Assembly: GCA_951406725.2 (NCBI GenBank) | Contig: OX597819.1 | Location: forward strand, 91,946,001-92,010,000 | DNA length: 64,000 bases | Direction: 5' to 3' | Origin: Octopus vulgaris | Taxonomy: Eukaryota | In this document: piece after piece, positions 13,801-27,823 of the stretch | How positions within the stretch are numbered: the stretch's first letter is position 1 | How the letters are laid out: each line of letters begins with the position of its first letter | Made by a program: the position numbers and the translations under genes | The notes under the pieces: generated by a model | Databases searched by the model: none | Told to the model about the DNA's origin: nothing | What the model saw: only the letters and a program-made list of their open reading frames with translations

Positions 13801-14640
13801 AATATATATGTAAATATATATATATATATACATATGTATAAATGTATATATACATATATGCACATATATACACATATATATATGTATATATACATATATG
13901 TATATATATACATATATATGTATATATATACATGTATATATATATATATATATACGTCTATATATACATATATGTATATATATGTATATATATATACATA
14001 TATGTATATATGTATCTATACACACATATATATATATGCATGTATATATATATACATATATGCATATATGTATACATGTATATGTATATGTTTATACATA
14101 TATATATATACATGTATGTATGTAAATACATATATGTATATATATATACATATATGTATATATATACATATATATACATAAATGTATATATATATATATA
14201 CGTCTATATATATACATATATGAATATATATACATATGTGTGTATATATACATATATGTATATATGCATATATATATATATACATATAGGTATATATGTA
14301 TATATACATATATGTGTATGCATATATATACATATATATATATACTTATATGTATATATATACATTATAAGTATATGTCTATATATACATATATGTATAT
14401 ATATGTACATATATATGTATATATACATACACATATATATATACATATAAGTATATATATATATATATATACATATATACACACACACATATATATATAT
14501 ACATATATGTTTATATACATATATGTATATATATGCATATATGTATTTATACGTGTATATATATATATATATATACATATGACCCTCACATATATATATA
14601 CTTACGTATATATGTACCCGTATGTATGTATGTATCGAAT
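13669..14640. repeat. Long degenerate (TA)/(TACA) microsatellite tract
   Basis: Visible low-complexity array. Confidence 0.95.
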
Positions 14641-14899
14641 GTATCTATTTGTGTGTAAGTGTTTGTATATACATATGTAATATCATATATGGCATTATAA
14701 AATAAATATTATTCTCTCTCTCTCTCTCTCTCTCTCTTTCTATATATATATATATATATATATATATTCATATATACATGCGTGTTTACATATATACATA
14801 CACACCTTCACATGCAATATTTATATACATATATATACATTCATATATATGTATATTAATATATACATCTCTGTGCGTTCTTAAAATGTTCATAAAATG

Positions 14900-16200
14900 C
14901 AGTGCTTAAGGAAACCGCGTTATATGGGGGCAATTATAATATAGCATCAAATCGGAATATAAGTTTAAGAGTTTATTTTGAACAGAAATAAAATTTTATA
15001 AACACCTCGAAAGAACTAGAAAATTCCAGCGAATCACTCCCGCACTCTCCTTATACTTATTAACGTTAAATATCCTCTCACAGTTCTATGTTACACAGCA
15101 TGACCAAATATTTTGATGAAATTAGAAAACCGGTCAGGAAGCAATTAGAAAATAATACCCATTGTTAATATATACTTATTTAACACTAATCAGTTCTACT
15201 TATGAATTCTGCTTACAAGAATGACTGCGATATATTTCAGAAGATGCATTACCTCTTCCCCACATGTTGGGACACTACATCTAATGCCGTCTACATTTTA
15301 TAATTCGTTCCTCAGAAAGCTGGAATCCATCGTAGGATATCCTGCCCACAGTATTTCTTTCTGTCTTACGGCTGCGATCCCAGTCAAGGTCATTCTCAAT
15401 AAAGAAATCCAGCCATAAATCTTAGCAATCTTAGTTATGCTGCCTCTGAAGAATTCAGTTGTAAGAAATGTTTGTGCTGTTACTGGCCCTACGGTTGCGT
15501 CTTCAAACTTATTTTAGATGTGTTGCAGTGCTAATTTCCGCAGCCCTTCAATAGGTAAAAACTGTCACCATGAAACTCTATTAACTATTCCACATCTTCC
15601 GCATTGACATTTTGCATTCTCCCTTCATTGGCCAGCTTATCGAAGTCACTGATGACCGCTGGTACTATTTCTTCGTAAAATTTCAGGAAAACGTGGGAAG
15701 CTGGAGAAATTCTTTGGCTTCTTGAGCGCCTGCTCTTGCAGCTCCTCCAGAAAAACGGATGCTGTGTAGGTTACGCTGCCGTTTGAACCTATCAAACCAA
15801 ACTCTTAGCTGTGAATGCTTCTGAATTATCTTCTTCTTCTTCTTGTAAGTGTCTAAAGATGCTCCTTGCTTTTTTACATTATTAGTTGGCTTAATGGCAT
15901 GTCGCATTCCGTTTCGTCATCCATTCATATAGAAAGCATATTTTTTCATTTTTATCCATCAAAATTTACTCCTTGAACAATTCACCTTCTTTGTTGATAA
16001 CAACAGGGTTGTCATGGCAGAAATCTTTATTTAACCCCATTTATAAGATGATTACATACTTATCCACTTATACAAGACGTTCGCCAGCTTCTAATCGACT
16101 AAATGCTTGTGCTTTTACATTCAAATGCCATGCTTTTCCCCGGCACATTAGATGAACTTTCAGCACTTAGAGGCCATTTTCGAATCATCATGGATAAAAA
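14900..16200 (-). mobile_element. Degraded pogo/Tigger transposase remnant
   Basis: Minus strand WFDRFKRQRNLHSIRFSGGAARAGAQEAKEF matches the Tigger CENP-B HTH region (GWFxRFKxR..LH...GEAASAD). Frameshifted; boundaries approximate. Confidence 0.65.
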
Positions 16201-16871
16201 AAAAAGTTATTTGAACAATTTAGATGAATGTGGAAGAATGCATGACATTGACTCATAGTTTCCTACATTCTTTCAAAATTTCATTTTCTTATAATATTTG
16301 TTCCTTAATAATATTTTCCTGTGAAACAAATAAAAACAACAAAAAACAAAAACCTTTCACATTTTGGGGAAGTAAAAGGTTTCACATGTACTTTTTTGAG
16401 ATAGCAAGCTGCAAATCAACAAGGAAGGTATTCTAGTTTCTAATCTTTTATCATTTAATATGTTTTTACTCTTATGCCAAATTTTTTGAACAAATTTTAT
16501 TGTCAAATCACATTAAAGTGTCTTTCATTATTGAACGAAGTCGAAGACTCAAGCAATAAGGGAAAGAGTAAAACGCTGCATGCAAGTTCTAGAAAAAGAC
16601 AGAGACAAATAAAATATTACATATATATATATGTCTCTAGGAAAAAAAAGTTATGCATCTGTGATGTGAAACAGCTATACGGATGACTATGTTGAATTGT
16701 TACTTTTCTGTTCTTTGAAATGTATTTTCCTCTGTTCATATGTTATAGCCTATTTCACACTAATTTTAACGTTGTAAACTACATTCTGGTTCCTTGTGCA
16801 TACAAAGCCTAACTTATCTTTCTGTGTGTATATATATATATATATATATATACATGTGTGTGTGTAATTCC

Positions 16872-17295
16872 ATGTATGTAAACAAACAGAGTTTGCTTCT
16901 TTTAGAGGCATTGAGATGTATTGAAATATACAGATATGGAAATATTTTATTCTCAAACGCATAGTAATAATGGTGACTAGCATAAATATGATTGCAGAAA
17001 AATTAGTAAGCGGTCAGCCATGAGAGTCGAACTCACATCTCTGGGATTACAAAATTTGTTTGTATACATACATCGTAATTTTACATACAGCATCTATAAA
17101 AGTTAAATTTATAAGTTCAAAAATTGCGGAAAGATTTGTAAGTGGGTGGTTTAGCTTAAAAACAAAGAACTATGACTGGTAATCACAGAGATACGAGTTC
17201 GAGTCTCATGGCTGTACGCTAACAAATTTTTCTGCAATACAAGGATGTTCTATGCTATTCAGCATTATTATTACGCGTTTGAGAATAAAATATTT

Positions 17296-17301
<6 letters not shown>
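16872..17301. mobile_element. tRNA-headed short element with inverted, permuted copy
   Basis: 16934-17050 inverts 17179-17301, and 16872-16890 inverts 17055-17073. tRNA-like head 17143-17215 with gagttcgagtc B-box. Confidence 0.6.
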
Positions 17302-17343
<42 letters not shown>

Positions 17344-17780
17344 GTGGGAGTGGGACAGGTAAAATCTAGGCTACGTGTTTCGTAGCAGATCTTCTGATTT
17401 AATAATTACTCAACAAGGGTAGTCAGCTAGCTACTCAGCACGCCGAAGATACCTTATATATATGGAGGTTACATTGTCGTTTGGGAATCCAAAATTAACT
17501 CACCGAAGATGTATTTTGAAATTGTGAGCTACACAAACATTCTCAGCTTATAGATCTCCGGTATGGGAAAAGCCTACAACCTTCGACGCCAATAAATTAT
17601 TATTGTTCCTGAACGTTGTTTTTTTTTTATATCTACCACGGTTTGCTTGAAGCTTACAAACTTCCTAGAGTGAGATCCTTGGATCTTATAATTACATATC
17701 GATATATATTATTGATCTATCTCTCTGTCTGTTTTTCCGTTTGTCTGTCGTCTGTTTCTCCCTCACAAAACACACACACG

Positions 17781-17876
<96 letters not shown>

Positions 17877-17939
17877 GTACTGCCCCGTTATTGGAAAAAA
17901 GTATTCTATCCAGCGAGAGATAACTATCAATAATTAAAC

Positions 17940-18744
17940 ACAGGATTTAAATATGGGCTGCTATAAATTACATACACAAATAGCACAGAAATGGACTATG
18001 CTTGCATAGCGTGCAGTGTACTATCCCATAATAATTCAGGCTCCGAATATACATGCTTTTCTCTGAGAAAAAGCAAGGAAGAGCCAGAGAAAATAAAAAG
18101 AAAAGAACGCGAAAAAATAAGAAAACAACGAGCAAATGCAAAACTTTTAGTGAAGAGAAAAAGGAGTTCAGTCTCTCTGGGCCGTTGGAACAATAATTAA
18201 CAAAAATTGGTGGTCTTACTTCGACGGGGAAAGATGAAAGGGCATAAGACTGTATGCCAAAAATCCCATCATATTACCAGCAATTCATAACATACGTTAA
18301 TAGGCTTTGTATAGCTGGAAGAACTTATATCCTTTTAAAATCTAACAACCTCACAGACCGTCCGCACTCGAGATCGGAGATTATCACAAAATGTAAGCAT
18401 CTCGACAAGCCTCTACTATCGAACTGGAGAATACCATACCCGCCGGATAAAGCATACAGTCTTACAATCTTTAATCTTTCTACGATGAATTGACACACCC
18501 AAGGGCTGTTAATTCCTATTCTAACAGTCCAAGGGGACACAAATCTTGCCTTTCCGCTCTCCAAGCTTTTCTCGTTTCATTCATTTCGTTTCTTGTAGTT
18601 CTTTCTTGTTCTTCCTCCATTTTTCTCAGTTTTCTTGGTTATTTTAAGGTTGAATGATTGCAGGAGAGTACATGGCACGCAATACATGCTCGTCCGATTA
18701 CTGTACTCTTGAAACATGAAGCTTATATTGACTCACATTAAATC

Positions 18745-18748
<4 letters not shown>
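17940..18748 (+). mobile_element. Decayed Penelope-like element 3' end with diverged inverted terminal repeats
   Basis: 18254-18430 encodes RLCIAGRTYILL...SRSEIITKCKHLDKPLLSNW, matching the C-terminus of PLE GIY-YIG ORFs (CxLCxxEK..I...NKRSExxSKCRH..KFLL). Inverted ends acaggatttaa / ttaaatcctgt. Confidence 0.7.
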
Positions 18749-18785
<37 letters not shown>

Positions 18786-19207
18786 TGTGTGTGTGTATGT
18801 GTGTGTATGTGTGTGCGTGTGTGCGTGCGTATGTCTACTTTCTCTCGAAGAGAACTTAGTCCCTTCGCTTCAAGAGAAAGTAAAGAAACACCTGAACTAG
18901 CTGCAGGTTTCTGGACTCCAAATAAGAAAGGGGAGATAATTCAAGTGATTAGTGATTAGAAAAAAATAAATACAACTCGCGTACAGATATACATACATAC
19001 ATACATACATGTATATATATATATATATCATTATGTATATTATATAAGATGTAAATATATGTAAATATATATGTATATATCTATATATACATACATACAT
19101 GTGTATGTATATATGTATACAGATTATATATACACACATACATATATATGTATATATATACATATACATATATATGTATGTATTTATACATATATACATA
19201 TACATAT

Positions 19208-19289
<82 letters not shown>

Positions 19290-20518
19290 TTATGTACCCG
19301 ATATGCATACGCAGCGTGGTACTGCACCCTCCTGCATCTGAAATAGTGCTGCTTTTACAAATACAGACATCCTAGACCACATCTAAAGAAAGGTCACTCG
19401 ATACACGCATACACTCATTTATGTATAAATATAATTCTGTAAGTGTCTACATAGATACGTGCAAGCACGGCTATATCTTTACTGTTAAATAAACATTAGG
19501 TTTTAAAACAAAGGCTGTGTTGATAACACAAATGATTAAGCGATCGATAGAATAATGATATTAATGTCAATACAGACGTGATTATATCGCAAATATTTAC
19601 AAAAACGTAGGAGAATATTAAGAAAAATTGTTTTAATAAATATTTGCCGATTGTTTAATAAATATTTGCTGACCAGATTGTGCTTATAGTATGACACAAA
19701 AATTGTCTTTGTTCTCTCATACGATAGCTAGAATTTAATGGTAACACAGAATGACTATTTCAGTATTATTGTTGAATGTATATACATTAATCTCTTTAAT
19801 GCTTTAACTTAACTGTTGGTTTCAATCTGGATAGCGTCTCTTGGTTATATATTCTATTCTTTACAGAATTCTATTTCTCTTTGCCATTCACTTTACAGTC
19901 CTGTATATCTAGTTTGTGATTCTTCTTGAAATCTGCGGTGATCTGAGCCAATAACTGGTAAAACCTAAGTTATCAAACATGCATGGATGCATACAGACAT
20001 ACATACACAGACATGTCACAAACGCACACACATATATAACATAAATATATATGATTATGTAATATAAATGTTTATATGTTTGTGCGTGTCTGTGTGCATG
20101 TTTTTGAAATAAATAATGCCTTAGGAGGGGAGACACAAAGAAGAGCCAAACGAAATACTAAACCAAATTTAGTTATCTCCCTATAGTTTCTAAGTTCAAA
20201 TCAATTCGGCCAGTCTCGAAAGTATCTTTATCATTCCTAGTTCGATCAAATTAGCCCCTGTAATATACTAAAATCAATTTAAATGACTACACTTCAAACT
20301 CTTCAAAAATTGGCTGTATGCAAACTCAAAAGGAATCCATATAATTTTAAAGACAGTTATTGTTTTTTTTTCAGAATATATTTATGTTCCCAACAGAAAA
20401 AAGATTTTCTAACCACTTCCCAGTATGGGACGTTTCAAATAGTTTCGTAGAAGTATGTATGGATATCTATACACACACACGCACCCACCCACACACAGAG
20501 AAAAACACACCCACCCAA

Positions 20519-20660
20519 GGGTGTGTTGAAAAGTTCCTGGGTTTAAGGGTTTCGCGAAAGGCCTGGTTGGTGGCCCAACCTCCGGAGTCCTTTTACATGG
20601 CTTAGAAAGACTGAAGAGCCGCTGCAGTAAGTTTATATATCTGAGAAGGGAATATTTTGC
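20519..20660. mobile_element. Truncated mariner-derived MITE fragment
   Basis: caagggtgtgttgaaaagttcc TIR-like start; the other end is not recognisable. Confidence 0.45.
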
Positions 20661-20855
20661 TGGGGTTTAGTACACTAGTGATCTAAACGAATAGGTACAC
20701 TGAGTAAGTGCTAGAATTGGTCATCCATTAGGTTCCAAGTTGACAGCTGAGGCTGGAGGTAGGGATCCATATTACTCTTCCGTGTTAGCAGGTTTACATT
20801 AGAGGAAAAGGACATGAAAAACCAAGGCAGGACGAGTATCTCAAGTCATTTATAA

Positions 20856-21053
20856 TATTATTTACATTATTTACATTTGATGGATATTTGTCCTCATCTT
20901 GTTTGTTGCTAACACAACGTTTCGGCTGATATACTCTCCAGACTTCATCAAATGCCCACGAGCATATGGCGTAGTAGTTAAGAGCGCGGGCTACTAACTC
21001 CAAGATTCTGAGTTCGATTCCAGGCAGTGACCTGAATAATAATAATAATAATG

Positions 21054-21090
<37 letters not shown>

Positions 21091-21269
21091 CAACATCGAA
21101 AAATACCTTAGGAATGAGAACCCAGGTTCAAAATTTCCCCAAGACGCCCGATGAAGGCTGGCGGGTACATCAGCCGAAACGTTGTGTTAACATCAAGCAA
21201 GATGAGGACAAATATCCGTCAAATGTAAATAATGCACATAATTCCTCTTCTCTTAAATATAGAACTGTA
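20856..21269 (+). mobile_element. tRNA-headed element with (AAT)n spacer and 3' hammerhead, preceded by an inverted copy of its 3' part
   Basis: A-box tggcgtagtag (20967), B-box gagttcgattcc (21010). Hammerheads at 21143-21188 (+, CCGAUGA) and 20911-20956 (-, UUGAUGA). Same family at 43918-44350. Confidence 0.75.
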
Positions 21270-21960
21270 TCATTTATAATAATTTAATTAGAGTAAGGTT
21301 AATTTGAAGTCTTACAACTATTTCTGGGATATCCCAAGTGATAGGCTAGCATGTCTGTACGCTGAGTATTCCGTCATCAGAGACAAAGTGAGTATGTATG
21401 GAAATTCTAAACAGGGGAATTCACAGTTTATAAGGAATAAAATAGAAGAATAAAGAGTAAAAGTAGATATAAGAAAACAGACTGGATAATAAAAGTTCAC
21501 AATTCATCTTTTCTCAGAGGGTATGGAGGTAAATCCGTACTTCCGTGAAGGTACAGGTCCTTATGCTTCATCCTAAGTAAATCCAGGCACACTAGCTAAC
21601 CACTAACATGAACACATCATTCGAAATACTACCTACATTCTGTTTGGATTTACCTACGATTAAGCGTAAGGACCTATTACCTTCACGGAAGTACGGATTT
21701 ACCTCCATACCCTCTGGGAAAAGATGAACTGCGAACTTTTATTATCCTATATGTATTCTTATATCTACTTTTACTCTTTATTCTTCTATTCCATTCCTTA
21801 TAAACTATGAATTTTCCTGTCGAGAACTTTCATAATATTCATTTTGTCTCTGATGACGGAATTCCCAGTGTAGGGACATGCTAGCCTATCACTTGAGATA
21901 TCCCAGAAATAGCTGTATGACTTCAAATTAACCTTAATCTAATTAAATTATTATAAATGA
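21270..21960. mobile_element. Fold-back element, arms about 316 bp, a hammerhead in each arm
   Basis: 21270-21585 inverts 21645-21960. gucu-CUGAUGA...GAAAU-AGYU-GUA-agac at 21309-21384 (-) and 21846-21921 (+, stem I mismatch). Confidence 0.8.
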
Positions 21961-22743
21961 CATGTGATACTCATCTTGCTTTGGTTTTTGATGCCATTTT
22001 CCTCTAATGTATATATACATACGTATATATATAAATTTATGCATGTTTATAAATTATATGTATATTTATTGTATATTTATATAATATCTGTATTAATGTA
22101 TTTTGTTAATTTATGTACATTTATTAATTGTATCTTTATTTTCGTATTTGATTTACAGGATTCTTGACGTGAACTAGTGTGTTGAAACAAATCTTTATCA
22201 TTATTGGCATAATGAGTCTCTCAAGATACAACAATATTAATTGTAGCGTTAATAGCAGTTGTTGACTTGGGTATACGCCCACAGATTAGTAGAAGTTTTG
22301 AGGCTTGAGAGCACTGAAATGACCAATGACACACAGACACGAAATCAGGACGTAAAGAGATCAAACATGACACGATGTGCCACTTCGTCTAGCTCTTCAG
22401 ATTCTATCATTAAGCTTTGATGAAATCTGTGTAATTTCTAAAACACTATTCTAAGACAATTATTTTGTGCACATGCTACCGGGGCATTTATAAAGAGTAA
22501 TAATTATACACACTCGTATACTAAAGAAACGTACATAGCTATTATCTGAATGTAAAGTATATTCATCCACGCATTTATATGTATGTACACACTAAATTAC
22601 TGTCACATATTCATAATCTTTGGAATTTGTCTTTTCTTAGAGAAAGAATCAAGTCTTTCTAATTAGCAAGTTGAAGTCTGCGAAGAATTTTTCAATATTT
22701 CGAAGAGAAACACGTACAAATATACATACGCACGTGCCTATCA

Positions 22744-22847
<104 letters not shown>

Positions 22848-23228
22848 GTCTGTCTGTCTATTTATTTACCTGTCTGTCTGTCGGTCGTCTTTCTGCCCGT
22901 CTACTTACCTATCTATCTATCTGTCTCTGTCTGTCCGTTTGTCTGTCTGTCTTTCTCCCTCTCTCTCTCTATCTATCTATTTATCTATCTATCTGTATGC
23001 ATGTATGCGTACATACATGCAATGCTATCCGTAGAAAGAATAGATCAGATGTTAAAATTGTATGGTACTGTGATGTGGAGGATTTAATCACATGAAATAT
23101 GAAAGAATGTTGGTGGAACAGTACTTTTAAACTCCTGTAAACTATTGGCATGTTATACCAGAAACAGTCTAAGACAGACAAAAAATGTGGGTATACTTGA
23201 AATCATTTGCTCAAGAGACATGTGCATA

Positions 23229-23517
23229 CAGTAATAATCCACTTTACGAGGATCCGCTTTACGAGACCCCGAGTTTACGAGTTTTATTTAATAATAAATG
23301 TAAAAAGGTTAACCAGCCATTTTGTGTGTGTGACAACTTCGCAGCATGTGGCAACACTGGTTCTGAAGGGTCTACACAGCAGCATACAGTGACGGTGTGA
23401 AATGAAGACATAAAATGTCATTACTACTATCGGAAATTATTGCTCTGCTTTACAAATTTTCGCTTTACGAGCGGTCTCCGGAAACAAATTAACTCGTATA
23501 TCGAGGAGTCATTACTG
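23229..23517. mobile_element. pogo/Tigger-type MITE
   Basis: ta-cagtaat...attactg-ta ends and repeated tttacgag subterminal motifs. Confidence 0.75.
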
Positions 23518-23872
23518 TACTTTTAAAGAAAATAGGAAATCTTATCAGAAATCTATAGTTACTCAACATAGATTGTATCTTTAGATTTATACTAGTAATT
23601 ATTAAGACACTGGGGCATGTACCTAACTGTTTCTGCATCAGTCACAAGAACGTTAGCTTTACCACGCCAAACCTGACTCGGCTAATTAAGGAATTACAGC
23701 TGCATGTCTCTAATGTCACAGTGAAAATATATGCAAAGCATTCCAAAAGTTTAGCATGTAATAAGTACATAAGCCCACATGTAGAGATGCTAACAGATGT
23801 ATGTGTACCGGTATATGTCTCAAAACATACGGTTCCACACAAGTATTCATATGCATGCTTACATTCACATGC

Positions 23873-23944
23873 ACATGGTAGCGCATATATACTTACATGC
23901 ATATATGCTTACATATATGCATACACCTATACATTCATACATCA

Positions 23945-24012
<68 letters not shown>

Positions 24013-25082
24013 TATATATTGATGTATGAATGTATAGGTGTATGCATATAGGTGTATGCATATATATATATATATATATATATACACTTAAGGCGGTGAG
24101 CTGGAACAATCGGTAGTATGCCGGGCAAAATGCTCAGTGGCATTTCGACCGTTCTTACGTTCTCAGTTCAAATTCTAACTAGGTATACTCTACCTTTTAT
24201 CATTTCGAGGTCGATTAAATAAGTACCAGCTATGCACTCAAATAAAGGACTTCTGAAATAGTTAACAAGTTTTTACTGTATCGAATTTATTTAGAGAAAG
24301 TGAATCAGTCCATTTTTTTCTTACTTAGAAAATCCCAACAATTCTAATCCTTTATGCAAATCTGTTGTTAAATAGGCCAGTATATTTCTGATAGTATATA
24401 CGACTAAAAATATAAACCTAAATATAGAGTCTGTAAGTTTCTCTTTTACAATAGATACTTTAGGTATTGCTTATGGCCACTTTAAAGTGGTTGTCATGTA
24501 AGAGACAACGATACTGCCATTTGAGCCTAGGAAGTGACCATAAGCAATACTTTTTGGTTCGTACGCTTCGTCTATCTCAAACAGAGATTTTCTAACGGAA
24601 TAGATATTTTCTTTTGATATAGTTTTAGACAAGGAATTCTTAACTGCTGTACTGGCAGCTGATCTCTACAACATTGCATGATATTTATTCTTTGTCGCCA
24701 GAGAACAATATCAAGACTACCGTGTTTGCATCGGATTGTTGTTTCCCACCAACACAGAAACAGCCGTTTTCATTCAGAGACATTAATCTTTCGTTGGAAT
24801 TTGCAGAACAACAATGGGGTAGCTGTGTTGTATGCATATTTGTAAATATATGTTGGTTCCAAATTTTGGCACAAGGCCAGAAATTTCGGGAGAGGGATAA
24901 CTTGATTGCATCAACCGCAATGCATAGCTGGTACTTATTTAATCGACCTCGAAATGATAAAAGGTAGAGTGGACCTAGTTAGAATTTGAACTGAGAACGT
25001 AAAAACGGTCGAAATCCCACTGAGCATTTTGCCCGTCATGCTACCGATTCTTCCAGCTCACCGCCTTAAGTGTATATATATG

Positions 25083-25162
<80 letters not shown>

Positions 25163-25232
25163 ATATATGAATGTATAGGTGTATGCATATATGTAAGCAT
25201 ATATGCATGTAAGTATATATGCGCTACCATGT
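23873..25232. repeat. Local inverted duplication containing a SINE B copy
   Basis: 23873-23950 inverts 25155-25232, and 24080-24238 inverts 24920-25078, sharing non-consensus SINE bases. Confidence 0.8.
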
Positions 25233-25389
25233 GTTAAGAAGCTAGCTTCCTAATCGCATGGTACCGGGTTCAGTTCCACCACGTGCCAACTTCACAGACT
25301 CACTTCTACTATAACCTCAGGTCGCTCAAAGCCTTGTGAGTGGATTTGGGAGACGGAAACTGAATGAAGCACATCGTATATATATATAT

Positions 25390-25740
25390 ACAGGAAACTG
25401 AGAATGTGTGTGTGTATGTCTGTTTGTGAGTCTGTATGAGTGCATTGCTAAAACTCGAGGACATCCAACCGATTTTATTCAAATTTTACACACGCCTTAT
25501 TTACGGTCCATGCAGTGTCATGGGCCCAAAAGAATTTCAACTTCTTGCCTAATGCGAGCCCGGAGCAGACTATTACCTTTTACACTATTTCAGAATTACG
25601 TGTCAAAAGTGAAACAATAACATCTCTATTGTAATATGAGATAATACTTTCAGCTTTAATAGGTTTCACAACTAATATTTCATTTGAATATATATATTAC
25701 TTTCGTTTCTATTACTTTCACTATGTATTTGTATAGATGT
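25390..25740 (+). mobile_element. Possible non-autonomous Helitron 5' fragment
   Basis: aaactgagaatgtgtgt...ctaaaactcgagga...ccaaccgattttattcaaattttacac resembles invertebrate Helitron-N 5' ends; no 3' CTAG or hairpin identified. Confidence 0.4.
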
Positions 25741-25746
25741 TTCTGC

Positions 25747-25794
<48 letters not shown>

Positions 25795-26143
25795 CACATA
25801 CATATACATATATATATCTTTATATCTTTATATACATATGTATATACATAGTTTTATATGTTTATATATATATATATATATATTTATATCTTTATATATA
25901 TGTATATATGTATATCTATGTATGTATATGTATACATGTATATGTGTATATATGTATATATGTCTAAGTATATATGTATATATTAATTTATGTTCATATA
26001 TATATGTATATTTATGTAAATGTATATATGTATATTTATGTAAATGTATATACGCATATTTATGTATATATATATATGTATATTTTTGTATATATATATA
26101 TGTATATACATATGTATACACATACACACACACACACACACAT

Positions 26144-26497
26144 ATCAAGTCATCCCATAAGTTCTGTCCGATTATACCTTTTTTAAAATTGAATGAAATT
26201 TAATAGTATTTGAGAATGTCTAATAGAATTTAAAATTATTTTTATGCATTTGTGTACATTTAAACCAATTAAATATTATTTTACAGAATAATAGAATTAA
26301 AATTTCTTTGATTAAAACCCTTTCTAACATTGGAAGTATCCAAAGAGCATTTAAAGCACATAATGCTTTATGAGTACCAAAAAGAAGCTCTGCAGCCGAA
26401 GCGACTTGAAACATAAGCTCAGTTTATAGGAAAGAATGTTTGAATGAAAGAACTCGCAGAAGATGGTTTTCAAAATTCAGAAGCGGAGATTTCAAGA
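26144..26497 (+). mobile_element. Mariner left end with N-terminal transposase fragment
   Basis: TIR-like tcaagtcatcccataa; ERTRRRWFSKFRSGDF is a mariner HTH motif. Confidence 0.7.
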
Positions 26498-26774
26498 GTA
26501 ATATATACCTTGCCTTGTTGGGATTAAAATGGCATAGTTTTTTTTGTTTTACTTGTTTCAGTCATGTAACTGCGGCTATGGTGGGGCTCCGTCGTCGGTC
26601 GAACAAATCGGCCACAGGATTTATTCTATGTAAACCTAGTACTTATTCAATTCTAATTCTCCTCCTTTGTACGGCCACACCTCGAATACTGCTGCTCCCT
26701 GTGGTCTCCCCATTCAAAACAAAGCATCTCGAAAATTTAATCATCCCAGAGAACATTCACTAAACAAATTAAGC

Positions 26775-27427
26775 GCATGACTGACCTCAATTACTGGGAC
26801 CGCCACAGAAAGAAGAAAGGCCTCAGTATGGCCTGGATCGACTACCGAAAGGCGTTTGATAGCATTCCCCAAACGTGGATCCTCGAAACACTAGCCATTA
26901 ACAAGGTAGCACCAACAATTTTAAAATACATAGAACACTCTATGAATAAATGGGAGACAGTGCTACAGCTCTAAACAAAAGAGGGACTCGTGAAAATCAA
27001 AGCCATCCCCATTAGAAGAGGAATATTCCAGGGAGACACGCTCTCTCCACTCATTTTCTGCTTGGCACTGACACCTCTATCTGATATGCTATATAGAATT
27101 GCTGCGGATATAAATGTTACGGCAAAACGATCAGCCACCTTTTATATATGGATGACCTAAAACTATACGCTACAAATGACAAACAGCTGGAAACACTACT
27201 AAAGACAGTTCATGGATTACATAACAAAAACACCAGGATTTACAAACACATATAACATACAGAAAATTGCACTACTAGGCACTGCACACATCCTACGCAA
27301 AGCACTTTCAATACACTAACTATCAGAGCACCACAACAAAACACAGCACATACCCAAGGCACACATAGCTGCGCTCGGTAGTGAAGTGAAAGTACGCTAT
27401 AAAAATAAAACTACTGAATAATAATAA
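26775..27427 (+). mobile_element. R4/Dong-type non-LTR retrotransposon remnant (RT plus 3' end)
   Basis: AWIDYRKAFDSIP...RRGIFQGDTLSPLIFCLAL...SHLLYMDDLKLYA, then jumps to IQKIALLGTAHILRKALS. In-frame stop; (AAT)n tail. Confidence 0.9.
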
Positions 27428-27823
27428 TTATCGACCCCGAAAAGATGAAAGGTAAAGTCGACCTCGGCGGAATTTGAACTCGGAACGTAAAGTCGGACGA
27501 AATTCTCTTGAAAGACTGCTGAAAACTTGTGGATACCTAAGGTTACAGGTAGTAAAGAGCTATCTACAATCCCTACAAGGAATAAGACTGAACTTGAGAC
27601 ATACCAAAATAATAAAAATAATCATTATTCAGCCCAATGTATTTTTCTTTACATTAAATAAATAAAAAAAAAGCAACGACATGAGGAAGATTTAGCTGCT
27701 ATATTTAGCAGTCTGAACGCACACGTAGAGGCGCCCTCAGCACCGCAGACTGTGCGCCAATCTTATAATGAGAGGCTGAATTATGCGGTGAGGCCAGATG
27801 GTGGTAAAACTAAACGTGATGCA
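27428..27823 (+). repeat. Near-identical duplicate of 43525-43919
   Basis: About 396 bp with roughly 5 differences by eye. Confidence 0.9.

Noticed and set aside
18890-18920. Hammerhead on the minus strand (GAAACCUGCAGCUA)
   Set aside because: There is no 5' core and the cleavage triplet pairing is broken.
20960-21032. Functional tRNA gene (also 17143-17215)
   Set aside because: The acceptor stem does not pair and there is no oligo-T terminator; it is better read as a SINE-type head.
27474-27665. 63-aa ORF repeated at 43571 as a small gene family
   Set aside because: It starts at TTG inside a SINE fragment and is explained by the duplication.
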